Shown: positions 53,896-64,000 of the stretch, piece after piece | Numbering within the stretch: the first letter of the stretch is position 1 | Layout: each line of letters opens with the position of its first letter | Assembly: GCA_963741205.1 (NCBI GenBank) | Contig: CAVUHW010000026.1 | Span: forward strand, 224,001-288,000 | Length of the DNA stretch: 64,000 nt | Source: Nitrospirota bacterium | Lineage (GTDB): Bacteria > Nitrospirota > UBA9217 | Reading direction: 5' to 3' | Made by a program: the position numbers and the translations under genes | Notes under the pieces: model-generated | Told to the model about the DNA's origin: nothing | The model's database searches: none | Seen by the model: the letters and a program-made list of their open reading frames with translations, nothing else

Positions 53896-55639
53896 ATGGA
53901 GAACAAAACTATTAACAAGAGAACATTGTTCAATAGAGACGGATCTCAGACAGCGGAAATTCTTACTGTTGTTTTGAACAATATTGCGCAGGGCATGGTC
54001 GTTGTCGGGCCAGACTATGCCGTGCTGGCATTCAACAAACAGTTGGAGACACTTTTTGGATTGCAGCAGGGAGCACTCGAGGTAGGCCGTGATTTCAGAG
54101 ATGTTCTCAAGGTATGGGCTGATGTAACGGGGCAAACACAGGATATCCTTAAACAGACTTTGCGAGAGCTTGATCAGCCCAATCCCTTTGAAATTGAATT
54201 TCCGCAAACGATACAAGGGGTTAATCAATGGTGCCTGCTGTCCCATAATCCTTTGCCCTCAAAGGGATTTGTAAGGACATATTCTGACATCACCGCGAGG
54301 AAAAAGGCGGATGAGCAGCATAGGTATGATGCCTTCCACGATCCCCTGACAGGCCTTCCGAACCGGGCACTTTTCATGGACCGGCTCCAACACGTCATCA
54401 CCGCGTCTCAACGACGGCAGGGCACTTCTAACTATGCGGTCTTTTTCCTCGACATGGACCGGTTTAAGATCATCAACGACAGCCACGGTCATACCGTCGG
54501 CGATCAACTTCTCGTCGTCGTCGGTCGCAAGCTGGCCGATTGCATCCGGCCCGGAGATACCATCGCGCGGCTGGGTGGTGATGAATTTGCCCTTCTCCTG
54601 CAGAACATCAACGATCCCGCTTACACGGTCAACGTCGCCGAGCGGATCCGGGAAAAATTGGCAGCTCCCCTCGATATCAAAGGCCATAGGATATTCACGT
54701 CGATCAGCATCGGAATCGCCTTAGGCTCGGAAGGCTATGAACGGCCGGAACAAGTCCTGCGCGACGCGGACATCGCGATGTACGAGGCAAAAGGACGGGG
54801 AAATGCATCGTATGAGATCTTCGATATCAGGCTGCATGCCAATATCCTGGACCGAATGCAATTGGTAGCCGACCTGAGGGGAGCAGTCGACAATAAGGAG
54901 CTTACTCTCTACTATCAGCCCATCATCGACCTGAACACGCAGCAGTTGAAGGGATTTGAGGCACTCGTCCGATGGAATCATCCGAAGCGCGGGCTTATCT
55001 ACCCCATGGAGTTCATCCCCTTGGCAGAGGAACAGGGACTCATCTACCAGATCGGAGCATGGATTCTTCACGAAGCCTGCCGCGAGCTGAAATTGCTCCA
55101 GACGCGGTACCCCTCGCCAGCAGCCGCTTAATATGAGCATCAACATTTCAAGCAGGCAATTCTCTCAGCAGGACCTTGTCGGCATACTCTCCGAATGTCT
55201 CACAGAGACGGGCGTTGATCCGCACACCGTGATATTGGAAATCACCGAGAGTATGATCATGGAGAACGTCAGTGCCGCCGTGGAGACAATGAACCGCCTG
55301 CGCAACATGGGCGTACAGATCCATATTGATGATTTCGGCACCGGGCATTCTTCACTGGGCTACCTCCAACTCTTTCCGGTCAGTGCGCTCAAGATCGACC
55401 GCAGTTTTATCAACAAACTTACCACGAGCGGTGGCAATCAGGAAATCATCACACACATTGTTTCCTTGGCCAAGAGCCTGAATTTCGAGGTGATTGCCGA
55501 AGGAGTCGAGATGGAGCATCAATTAGCCAACATCAAGAATTTGCACTGCGGCTACGGCCAGGGTTTCCTCTTTGCCCGTCCCATGGCTTTTAATGCAATA
55601 GACGCGTGGATGCAAGAGCAGCAGCATCATCATCTATAA
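53896..55639 (+). CDS. PAS-GGDEF-EAL diguanylate cyclase/phosphodiesterase, frameshift near 55125
   Basis: HDPLTGLPNR, RPGD I-site, GGDEF, YQPI, EALVRW, EITES, DDFGTG and AEGVE motifs. Confidence 0.93.
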
Positions 55640-56234
55640 GCCATATTTAAATATTTCAAGCACTTCTTCCCGATGTTCTCGGCAGTTGCGTCTTTTTGAA
55701 ATTTTACATAATTAACTAAAATGCATAGTTTGGATTATTGAAATAAATTTTTTGTCTTTTTTATACGTAAAAGCGTATACAGTTAAATGCAATATGCGGC
55801 AATCCACAATAATAAAATTTTCCCCTTGCGGTTTGGAAATTCCTCGGCTATAGTAAGTACTAGATTGAGAATGATCGGGGGGAAAATACTCGTTCATAAA
55901 ATTACCTTGGGTTTTGAGGGAGAGGGACCACTTGTAAGAGCGCCGTCTATAAGATGCGGTGTGCAAGCCCTCAACAGATTCAGAGAGGGTAGCCTGAAGC
56001 GTCTGCTGCGGCAAATAAGTTTGGGATTAGCCTCGAAATCATCAAAACCCAAGGTATCTTCATTCACTGCACTTCACTAAAGACCCATCCTTTGTGCTTT
56101 ATCTTATCGCAAAATTCCTTTATACTTTTTTACGTTCAACAATATCTTGTTGAGACCTGTCCATTTTGCGTAGACAACGAGGATAAGACACCTTCACCTA
56201 TCGCCATAATTCCCAATCGGAGGATGATTCATCG

Positions 56235-57233
56235 ATGACCTATCTCCTCAAACCTTTAAAAGTGCGTGCAATGAACTTGGCCGGCAGGCTGGTCATGCCG
56301 CCGATGGCGACAGCAAAAGCCGAACCTGACGGAAAAGTCAGCCAGGCGCTTCTCGACTACTACGAGGAAAAATCCCGTGGCGGCTATATTCCATTGATCA
56401 TCATCGAGCACAGCTATATAACCCCCGACGGAAAGGCAAGCGATAATCAGCTTTCCGTTTCCGATGACGCCGCGATCCCGGGTCTGCGCAAATTAGCGGA
56501 TGTCATTCACCGGAATGGATCAAAAGCCGCAATGCAGATCAATCACGCCGGAAGCGCGGCGCTAAAGGAAGTCACGAGAACGACACCCCTGGCTCCTTCG
56601 GCAACAGCGAATCCGAGACGCGGCGACATGCCCCGCGAACTTACGCAGAAGGAGATCGGCGAAATCGTGAACGCCTTCAAAGACGCTAGCCGCAGGGTCC
56701 AGGAGGCAGGCTTTGACTCTGTGGAAATACATTCCGCTCATGGATACCTTCTCAATCAGTTCTTGTCTCCCCTGACAAACAAACGGACAGACGAGTACGG
56801 CGGAAACATTTCCAACCGCATTCGTATTCATTTGCAGGTCATCGAGGCGGTACGCTCGGCAGTCGGGCCGGATTTCCCCATTCAGGTACGGTTAGGTGCT
56901 TCGGATTACACAGAAGGCGGAACGACAATTGAAGATAGCAAAATTGCCGCCCGGGCATTTGAAAAGTCAGGTGTGGATATCATTCACATTTCCGGCGGGT
57001 TTGTCGGATATACTCCCCCCGGCCTCACCGGCCAAGGTTACTTCGCTCCCCTCAGCGAGGCGATCAAGAGCGCTGTTTCCATTCCCGTAATCCTTACCGG
57101 CGGGATTACCGAAGGAGAAGCTGCAGAGAAGTTCTTGATGCAGGGGAAAGCAGACCTGATCGGCGTAGGAAGAGCAATTCTGCAAGACAGCACATGGGCG
57201 AAGCGTGCAATCGAAAATCTTCGATCGACGTAG
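56235..57233 (+). CDS. NADH:flavin oxidoreductase (Old Yellow Enzyme family)
   Basis: QINHAG and EIHSAHGYLLNQFLSPLTNKRTDEYGG motifs. Confidence 0.93.
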   Translation: MTYLLKPLKVRAMNLAGRLVMPPMATAKAEPDGKVSQALLDYYEEKSRGGYIPLIIIEHSYITPDGKASDNQLSVSDDAAIPGLRKLADVIHRNGSKAAMQINHAGSAALKEVTRTTPLAPSATANPRRGDMPRELTQKEIGEIVNAFKDASRRVQEAGFDSVEIHSAHGYLLNQFLSPLTNKRTDEYGGNISNRIRIHLQVIEAVRSAVGPDFPIQVRLGASDYTEGGTTIEDSKIAARAFEKSGVDIIHISGGFVGYTPPGLTGQGYFAPLSEAIKSAVSIPVILTGGITEGEAAEKFLMQGKADLIGVGRAILQDSTWAKRAIENLRST

Positions 57234-57334
57234 AGTTTCATTGAAACGCCGGTAATTTGGATGCTGTGAAGAGGTAGTCGCAGTATTGTAAACTTATTGA
57301 GCTTCGCTTGTTAACGAAAACAGGAGGATATCGG

Positions 57335-58060
57335 ATGAGATCAATCGCTCGAATATCACTACTCGTTGTGCTGCTGACCCTGTCCGGAACAAATATTTTC
57401 GGTCTCGATAAGCAGGATGCAAAAAAAGCGCCTCCCCAGGGCAGCACCGCGGTCCTGATTGAGCCGGCATTTACCATTAATCCCTCCAGGACAGCGGTAC
57501 TCATCATGGACTATGAGAACGATATCGTAGGTATGCTTCCCGAGGACGTCCGAGGTCCGTTGATCGAAAAAGCAAGTGCAATACTCAAGGAAGCGCGGCA
57601 GGCAAAGATTCAGATCATCTATGTCGTAGTCCGGTTTCGCGACGGCTACCCCGAGGTCAATCTGCAGAACAAGCTATTCAGCAGTTTGAAACAGTCAGGC
57701 CGACTTGTTGAAGGCACGCCGGGTGCGGAAATAGAAGCGAGGGTAGCGCCGCAACCGGGAGATATCGTGGTCACGAAGCGACGGGTCGGAGCTTTTTCCA
57801 CAACCGACCTGGAAACGATACTCCGGTCAAAGAATATCAACAAACTGGTTTTATTCGGGATCTCGACAAGCGGCGTGGTCTTGTCAACTGTCCGCTGGGC
57901 CGCCGATATGGACTACTCGCTGGCCGTTGTGTCCGACGCCTGCGCCGACCGCGATCCCGAAGTGAACCGTGTACTCATGGACAAGGTTTTCCCGTGGCAG
58001 GCAACGGTCGTAACCAGCCACGAACTCCTGAAGGCCATCGGCGCCAGGGATATAAAATAA
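57335..58060 (+). CDS. Isochorismatase-family hydrolase with N-terminal signal peptide
   Basis: TAVLIMDY, KRRVGAF..TDL, GISTSGVVLST and DACAD motifs. Confidence 0.85.
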   Translation: MRSIARISLLVVLLTLSGTNIFGLDKQDAKKAPPQGSTAVLIEPAFTINPSRTAVLIMDYENDIVGMLPEDVRGPLIEKASAILKEARQAKIQIIYVVVRFRDGYPEVNLQNKLFSSLKQSGRLVEGTPGAEIEARVAPQPGDIVVTKRRVGAFSTTDLETILRSKNINKLVLFGISTSGVVLSTVRWAADMDYSLAVVSDACADRDPEVNRVLMDKVFPWQATVVTSHELLKAIGARDIK

Positions 58061-58183
58061 TCCGTTCGTTTTCTTCCGGAACTACACGGGAGTTTCACTT
58101 TCTGAAAATTTTCCTTCAATTGCGGATTAGTTAGTGTACTAAACATCCAGCCATTAAACCACACCTGGTTCATGGGGTTTTGC

Positions 58184-59308
58184 ATGTCAACTGTCTATTT
58201 CTCTTCTGCCCGCACGCTCCGCTGGGACTACAACCACAGTATCCCCGGAAAACTCGAAACCCTGATCGGGAAGATGGGCTTCTCTGCGCGCTTCGGGGAA
58301 GACGAATGGGTCGCGATCAAAACCCATTGGGGATCGCATGGAGCCTTCCGCATTGTCCCGCCGGTCATGATCAGGAAGGTCGTTGAGGCTGTTCAGGCAG
58401 CGGGAGCGAAACCGTTCGTCACGGACACGGTCAGGATCATGGGTCTCGATTACCTTGAGGTTGCAAACCAGAATGGGCTCAACCACCTCTCCTGCGGCGC
58501 GCCCGTGGTCCTGGCTGACGGGCTTTACGGTAAGGACAGCATCCTCGTCAAAGCAGGTCCGATCCTGGGAGAGATTGCCGTGGCCTCGGCTATCCATGAC
58601 ATTCCCGCCATGGTCGTCTGTTCCCACACAAAGGGCCATATCAACGCGGGCTATGCGGGCGCTCTGAAGAACCTTGCCATGGGCTGCGTGAGCTCTCGCC
58701 ACCGGCAGCACGGATGGAAAAAGGGACGCGGCGGAATGCACTGCCACGGCGAGATGGGGCTTCAGTGGGACCCCGAGGTCTGCACTTTCTGCGAACAGTG
58801 CAAGAACATCTGCCCCCTCCATGCCATCGATTTCAAGGAAGGCGCATTCGTTGTCGACGAGAACAACTGCTGGCATTGCGGGCGTTGTTCTCGGGTGTGC
58901 CAGGAGGGAGCGCTCACGCTGCCGCAGGATGACGTGACCTTCCAGAAGAGCCTTGCCGAGGCGGCTGCCGCGGTACTTTCCACATTCCAGAAGGGCAAGG
59001 TCGTCTACATCAACTTCCTCTATGCGATCCAGCCCGAATGCGACTGCATGCCTGTAGCGGACGTGCCGGTGGTCCAGGACCAGGGCATCATGATATCAGA
59101 CGATATCGTCGCCATCGAGCAGGCGTCTCTTGATATGCTTAGGACCGCCTTCCCGCTTCCCCAGTCCGCGGCCGAAGACCTCGGGCTCAAACCCGGAGAC
59201 GATGTGATGGCGAGGCTCAACCCCCGGCCCATGCAGATCCAGATCGATGAAGCGGAACGGCTGGGACTGGGGACGAAGGATTACGAACTGGTGAAGGTGG
59301 AACCGTGA
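58184..59308 (+). CDS. DUF362 Fe-S protein with 2x[4Fe-4S] domain
   Basis: AIKTHWG, H.KGH...GALKNL.MG, CTFCEQCKNICP, CWHCGRCSRVC and PECDC motifs. Confidence 0.88.
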   Translation: MSTVYFSSARTLRWDYNHSIPGKLETLIGKMGFSARFGEDEWVAIKTHWGSHGAFRIVPPVMIRKVVEAVQAAGAKPFVTDTVRIMGLDYLEVANQNGLNHLSCGAPVVLADGLYGKDSILVKAGPILGEIAVASAIHDIPAMVVCSHTKGHINAGYAGALKNLAMGCVSSRHRQHGWKKGRGGMHCHGEMGLQWDPEVCTFCEQCKNICPLHAIDFKEGAFVVDENNCWHCGRCSRVCQEGALTLPQDDVTFQKSLAEAAAAVLSTFQKGKVVYINFLYAIQPECDCMPVADVPVVQDQGIMISDDIVAIEQASLDMLRTAFPLPQSAAEDLGLKPGDDVMARLNPRPMQIQIDEAERLGLGTKDYELVKVEP

Positions 59309-59409
59309 GAATCGGAAGGTAAAAGCCAGAATTAAGAAATTAGATGACAGAAGACAAACAAAATATGCTATATTTCAAATGTTGTCTTGTAGGCTTCAAG
59401 CTGGATTCC

Positions 59410-59480
59410 GACTTCTGACTTCTGACTTCTGACTTCTGACTTCTGTCTCCTGACTACTATCTTCTAACTCCCGACTCCCG
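59410..59480 (+). repeat. Heptamer tandem repeat (GACTTCT)x5 plus degenerate copies upstream of pyk
   Basis: Directly visible in the sequence; partly complementary AGAA-rich heptamers at about 59325-59358. Confidence 0.85.
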
Positions 59481-59490
59481 AGGTTTTCCA

Positions 59491-60918
59491 ATGTCCAAAC
59501 GCACCAAGATCATCGCCACCATCGGCCCAGCGTCGAACTCGCCCGCAATCATCGCCAGGCTCATCCGCGCAGGCATGGACGCGGCAAGGGTGAACTTTTC
59601 CCACGGCGAATGGGAGGACCACACGAGGCGCATCAGGATCATCCGGCAGGAGGCTGAAAAGGCAGGAAAACAGATCGCCATCATCCAGGACCTGCAGGGT
59701 CCGAAGCTGCGTGTCGGCGTCATGGAGAATGACGCGGTTACGCTGAAGCGCGGGGACATGTTGACCGTGGCTTTAAAAAATATCACGGGAACAAGCCGCA
59801 TCATTTCCATGACCTATCCTCGGCTGACGAAAGATCTGAAAACCGGCGACGCGATCCTTCTGGACGACGGCAGGCTTGAGCTTGCCGTCATGAAAAAAAA
59901 TGTCGCCGGCCTTGTCTGCAAGGTAGTCCGGGGCGGCATTCTCAAAAGCCACAAAGGGGTCAATCTGCCCGGCGCAAAGCTTTCGCTTCCCTCTCTTTCA
60001 CGCAAGGACAAAGCGGACCTCCGTTTCGGCATCGCCCAGGGAGTGGACTATATCGCGCTTTCGTTCGTGCGCAGGGCCGACGACATCGACTCGACGCGCC
60101 GTTTCCTGAAAGCTCACGGCGCGGACATCCCGATCATCGCGAAGATAGAAAAAGCCGAGGCCGTTCACAACCTCGAGGAGATCATCGAGGCGGCCGACGG
60201 GATCATGGTGGCTCGCGGCGACCTGGGCGTTGAGATGTCTCCCGAACAGGTGCCGCTGCTTCAAAAGAAGATCATCGCTGCCTGCAACCTGGCCGAGAAG
60301 CCGGTAATCACCGCCACCCAGATGCTCGAAAGCATGATCGAGAACCCCCAGCCCACGCGTGCGGAGGCCTCGGACGTCGCAAACGCCATCCTCGACGGCA
60401 CGGACTGCGTCATGCTCTCGGGCGAGACCGCCATGGGCAAGCACCCGGTCCAGGCGGTGGAGGTCATGGCGAGGTTCGCCATGCAGGCCGAGACATCCCT
60501 CGCGCCCTGGCCGCCCGATGCCCACATCTCCGGACCTGACGTGAGCGTGGCCCACGCCGCCTGCCGCGCGGCTGAAGAGCAGCACGCGCAGGCAATCGTG
60601 ACCTTTACCCAGTCCGGTTCCACGGCGCTCCGGGTCTCGAAACACCGCCCCCGGATGAGTATAATCGCGCCGACGCCTTTCGATCAGGTGGCGAGAAAGA
60701 TATCGCTCTACTGGGGTGTGACGCCCATCCTCGTGAAAGCCAAGCGCACCACCGACGACATGATCGCGAGCGTCGAGCGCGCCATGCTCTATCACAAGCT
60801 GGTCAGATCGCACGACCTTATTGTCATCACTGCAGGCGTGCCCATCGGCGTTGCCGGCAGCACGAATATGATGAAGATCCACCGCGTGGGGGAGGTCAAG
60901 GGGCTGGAAACACGGTAG
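59491..60918 (+). CDS. pyk: Pyruvate kinase
   Basis: RTKIIATIGPAS, NFSHG, DLQGPKLR, MVARGDLGVE, ATQMLESM and MLSGETA motifs. Confidence 0.97.
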   Translation: MSKRTKIIATIGPASNSPAIIARLIRAGMDAARVNFSHGEWEDHTRRIRIIRQEAEKAGKQIAIIQDLQGPKLRVGVMENDAVTLKRGDMLTVALKNITGTSRIISMTYPRLTKDLKTGDAILLDDGRLELAVMKKNVAGLVCKVVRGGILKSHKGVNLPGAKLSLPSLSRKDKADLRFGIAQGVDYIALSFVRRADDIDSTRRFLKAHGADIPIIAKIEKAEAVHNLEEIIEAADGIMVARGDLGVEMSPEQVPLLQKKIIAACNLAEKPVITATQMLESMIENPQPTRAEASDVANAILDGTDCVMLSGETAMGKHPVQAVEVMARFAMQAETSLAPWPPDAHISGPDVSVAHAACRAAEEQHAQAIVTFTQSGSTALRVSKHRPRMSIIAPTPFDQVARKISLYWGVTPILVKAKRTTDDMIASVERAMLYHKLVRSHDLIVITAGVPIGVAGSTNMMKIHRVGEVKGLETR

Positions 60919-60988
60919 ACCCGGGCAGTGGTTTTCTGTTATAATGGCGATTATTGCGGACCCCTCGATCAAACCGCAGAGGTGACGT

Positions 60989-61420
60989 ATGAAAGTAAGA
61001 GCATTGCTCGAGTCCAAGGGAAAAGATGTCGTATCCATTGATGCCGAAAGTTCAGTGGAGGACGCCATCAGGTCCATGAACTCCAGAAAGATCAGTGCCA
61101 TCATGGTGACCAAGAACGGTAAGACGACCGGCATCTTCACGGAGCGGGACGTCGTTCGGAGCTATATATCCTCGAACGGCAACAGCTTCAAGAACATGAA
61201 GGTCGGCAATTTCATGGTGACCGATCTCATCGTTGCGGTGCCGGACGACGATGTGGAGAACAGCGCGGTGATCATGATCGAAAAAAACATCCGCCATCTG
61301 CCCGTCATCGAAAACAACAAAGTCGTCGGAATGCTGTCTATCCGCGATATCATCCAGACCCAGGTTAAAAAGCTCACCGCCGAGATCCATCACCTGAAGG
61401 ACTATATCACCGGTTTCTAG
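60989..61420 (+). CDS. CBS-pair protein
   Basis: GIFTERD, IRHLPV and GMLSIRDI motifs. Confidence 0.9.
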   Translation: MKVRALLESKGKDVVSIDAESSVEDAIRSMNSRKISAIMVTKNGKTTGIFTERDVVRSYISSNGNSFKNMKVGNFMVTDLIVAVPDDDVENSAVIMIEKNIRHLPVIENNKVVGMLSIRDIIQTQVKKLTAEIHHLKDYITGF

Positions 61421-61596
61421 AGACGGCAGGCCTTTTCGACCCGGCAGGAGTCTTACTCTATCGCCTGTCCACGGGGATTTTCATGCCGCATGCGGTCCCC
61501 GTGCCTTTCATTGCTTGTCGCCGGGCTTCAAAACCACCACCGCCGCAAAACCGAAGAGGTTCCTACCTGATAATCCGATGTTACAACCGACGCTTC

Positions 61597-61637
61597 AAAA
61601 AAAAACCGGGGACCCTGTAGGGGGTACCCCGGTTTCT
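61597..61637. terminator. Terminator hairpin between convergent genes
   Basis: A-run-CCGGGGACCC...GGGTACCCCGG-TTT. Confidence 0.7.
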
Positions 61638-61657
61638 GCTTTCTCGTCCGGTCCTGT

Positions 61658-61960
61658 TTACTCTTCGTCGTAGTTCGGGTTCGCCGGTTTACGATGCTTC
61701 GCGAGGTAATCGTGACTGAATGCCGGGATCACGCCTTTTTCTCCGTTCTGGGGATGGATCATGCAGCGATAGGACACCATTTGCCCGACAGACTTCATCA
61801 TGTGGTCCCAGCCCTTCTTAAACAGCGTGCATTCGTTATTGAAGCAGACCCAAAGATAGGGAGACTCCCAATCCAGGTGGCGGGCGTCCATTTGCTCCAT
61901 GACCTGCTGGCAGTGCGGACAGGTCGGGGCCTCGGTGACTTTCCAATTTGTCGTGTCCAT
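61658..61960 (-). CDS. Small Zn-ribbon (Ogr/Delta-like) protein
   Basis: CPHC...VCFNNEC..F.KGW...SYR pattern. Confidence 0.65.
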   Translation of the reverse strand: MDTTNWKVTEAPTCPHCQQVMEQMDARHLDWESPYLWVCFNNECTLFKKGWDHMMKSVGQMVSYRCMIHPQNGEKGVIPAFSHDYLAKHRKPANPNYDEE

Positions 61961-62114
61961 TACAACAACCTCCGTGAACCGTCAATCAAAGAATGGGTTA
62001 TTATACGTCGCAGCATCTTCCTTTGCAACAGGAAAAGCCCGGCAGTCTTCTGAAAATATCTCTTGAGCCTTCGTTGCGGGCTCGTAGCGAAGCTATCTCA
62101 TTTTCAATCTATTC

Positions 62115-63245
62115 TCATCGCCTCATTCTTTTTGCCATCTCCCTTCGCGCTATAAATATGTCAAAACGAGCGAGCAGGCAGTAGCTGAACCGTTCCTTCA
62201 ATTTCTGGATCATGGGACGGTTATGCCACTCCTCGATGCCGATGCGGACGGACTTCGTGAGGTCTTCCTCAAAATCAGCGCGGGCCTGGGCTGCGAGCTT
62301 GGGATCCTCCACGATCGCCACCAGTTCGTAGTTGATCCTTCCGCTCCGAATATCCATGTTCGCGGACCCCGCGATCACGGTATCGTCGGCGATCGCGATC
62401 TTGGAATGCATCATGGAAGGCGTGTATTCCCATACCTCGACGCCGGCCCTGAGAAGCCTGCCGTAAAGGCCTCGCGCGGCCCAACGCGTGATGGGGATGT
62501 CCGTGTGCAACGGGACCATGAGCCTGACCTGGACCCCGCGCCGAACCGCGCGTTTGAGTGCCCGCAGCATCCTGCCGTGCGGGTAAAAGTAGCCCATGGC
62601 AAGGTCGATCGTTCGCTTCGCATTCTTTACCACCTGGCGGTAGGCCCTGCGCACAGGGCGCATCGGATTTTCCGGCCCGCTCTCGAGAAACCGGACGGCG
62701 CCGGCCGTTCTCCTCCTGGCCCTGTGTTCGCGCGGCAACGGGGAGAACAGCCTGCGAAGCGGTGAACCTGCAATGGCCCACATCCGGGAGAAGGATCGGC
62801 GCAGACCGGCGACCTCGGGTCCTTCGATTTTCAGTGCGTTGTCACGCCAGGGAAGCTCGTTGTTCGCCCCCCGAAAGTACTCGTTGGAGATGTTCAACCC
62901 CCCAAGGAAGGCGATGGTGTCGTCGATCAGCAGTAATTTTCGATGATTGCGGAATGGAAGGAACCCCTTTGAAAGAGGACGGAACCAGCGGACCGCCCCC
63001 CCGGCGGCGCGAAGTCCGTCCCAGAATGAGTCCGGCAGGTTCCAGGAGCCCCATGCGTCAACGAGGACCCTGACCTGGAGGCCTCTACGCGCTGCCCCCA
63101 CGAGGCGGTCGCGGAATTCAGAACCGGTCTCGTCATCGGCCATAATATACATCTCGAGCGAGACGGACGATACGGCGCTTTCCAGAGCGGAAAACATGGC
63201 CGGAAAGGCCTCGGCGCCGTTTCTAAGGAGCCGGACGGTGGTCAT
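62115..63245 (-). CDS. clsB: Cardiolipin synthase B-type phospholipase D protein
   Basis: Two HKD motifs (HRKLLLID, HSKIAIAD); GGLN, WRD and GSAN motifs; no N-terminal TM. Confidence 0.82.
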   Translation of the reverse strand: MTTVRLLRNGAEAFPAMFSALESAVSSVSLEMYIMADDETGSEFRDRLVGAARRGLQVRVLVDAWGSWNLPDSFWDGLRAAGGAVRWFRPLSKGFLPFRNHRKLLLIDDTIAFLGGLNISNEYFRGANNELPWRDNALKIEGPEVAGLRRSFSRMWAIAGSPLRRLFSPLPREHRARRRTAGAVRFLESGPENPMRPVRRAYRQVVKNAKRTIDLAMGYFYPHGRMLRALKRAVRRGVQVRLMVPLHTDIPITRWAARGLYGRLLRAGVEVWEYTPSMMHSKIAIADDTVIAGSANMDIRSGRINYELVAIVEDPKLAAQARADFEEDLTKSVRIGIEEWHNRPMIQKLKERFSYCLLARFDIFIARREMAKRMRR

Positions 63246-63391
63246 AGGGAGTACTGAATCATGGGAAATTGAAGGTTGAACATTTGAAATTGGAAACTGT
63301 TCAAAAACGCAATGTCATACGTGACTCGTGGGGTTCCTTTTGAAATTTCGATTCTTCAATTTCCAATTTACAAATCGCGCCTCGCGCAGCG

Positions 63392-63865
63392 CTACATGTT
63401 CTCAAACGTGTAGTCCACCTTCATCTTCATGTCTTTTCTGAGCGTGTGGTAGACCGAGCAGTACTTTTCGTGCGAAAGGGAAATGGCGCGCTCGAGCTTC
63501 TTCTCCGTGAGTCCCGTACCCGTAACCGAAATGATCATCTCCATCGACGTATAATACTGGGGCGGCGTGGGATTTCTCTCGCCCACGATGTCCATCTTAT
63601 ATGTTTTGATTTCGCACTTCATCTTCTTGAGGAACGAGACCATGTCGATCCCCATGCAAGCAGCGACGGAGAGGAGGAGCGTCTCGGTCGGCGAGCAACC
63701 CCACTGCTGCTGCGCGTCGAACTCCACCTCGTAACCCCGGTTTGTGCGGCCGATGAAGATCAGTTCCTTGTCCCAGGTCAGGGTCGCCTTGTTCACCTGG
63801 GAAATCTTCGATTTGTAGACATCGAGTGATTCTTCGAGTTCCTTGACTTCCTTGTCATCCGCCAT
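63392..63865 (-). CDS. OsmC/YhfA-family protein
   Basis: SPTETLLLSVAACMGID and AISLS.EKYCSV motifs. Confidence 0.88.
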   Translation of the reverse strand: MADDKEVKELEESLDVYKSKISQVNKATLTWDKELIFIGRTNRGYEVEFDAQQQWGCSPTETLLLSVAACMGIDMVSFLKKMKCEIKTYKMDIVGERNPTPPQYYTSMEMIISVTGTGLTEKKLERAISLSHEKYCSVYHTLRKDMKMKVDYTFENM

Positions 63866-63902
63866 CCGTTGCTCCTTATTGAAAAGATTTCGTTTTTCTG
63901 TC

Positions 63903-63971
63903 TGTCATTCCCGCGAAAGCGGGAATCCATTTATTAATAAAATTGGATTCCGGGTCAAGCCCGGAATGACA
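63903..63971. repeat. GTCATTCCCG palindromic element
   Basis: TGTCATTCCCGCGAAAGCGGGAATCCA...TGGATTCCGGGTCAAGCCCGGAATGACA. Confidence 0.8.
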
Positions 63972-64000
63972 ATTAAAGTGATGGGACTTACAACACACAA

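Noticed and set aside
55640-56230. ORFs 55712..56014 and 55787..56080 in an AT-rich stretch
   Set aside because: No RBS or motif support and the overlapping ORFs are on opposite strands; left unannotated.

Overview
GC-rich bacterial chromosomal window. Gene content suggests an anaerobic Nitrospirota/Desulfobacterota-like organism (inference only). Many conserved genes (rny, rarA, ftsY, uvrB, tatA, ogg and several kinases) are split by 1-2 nt indels, which points to an unpolished long-read assembly rather than mass pseudogenisation, so split genes are reported as single features. 1-20 kb is mostly housekeeping: rny, rarA, 6S RNA, zapA, ftsY, yhaM, iscR-iscS-iscU-tusA, trmH, coaD, uvrB, pepA, rlpA, plus an RCC1-repeat lipoprotein behind a sigma54-type promoter. 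20.4-22.7 kb carries three attC-like sites and one clean gene cassette, with no integrase in the window. 23-43 kb is a large co-oriented minus-strand locus headed by a sigma54 promoter. It encodes TSUP, TIGR02186, USPs, a lone tatA, two tandem membrane proteins fusing a T2SSE_N/MshEN-like domain to 3 and 2 DUF202 (Vtc1-like) repeats, a PPDK-like phospho-His enzyme, three histidine kinases, two sigma54 activators and a single-domain response regulator. The 3+2 = 5 DUF202 count matches the five-subunit channel of the yeast VTC polyphosphate complex and is the best candidate for an undescribed system. 43-64 kb is mixed metabolic and regulatory genes (NtrY-like kinase, LysM protein, ald, GGDEF-EAL, OYE, DUF362, pyk, clsB, osmC). 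Two dispersed intergenic repeat families run through the window. No CRISPR array, rRNA, tRNA, transposase or prophage was recognised.
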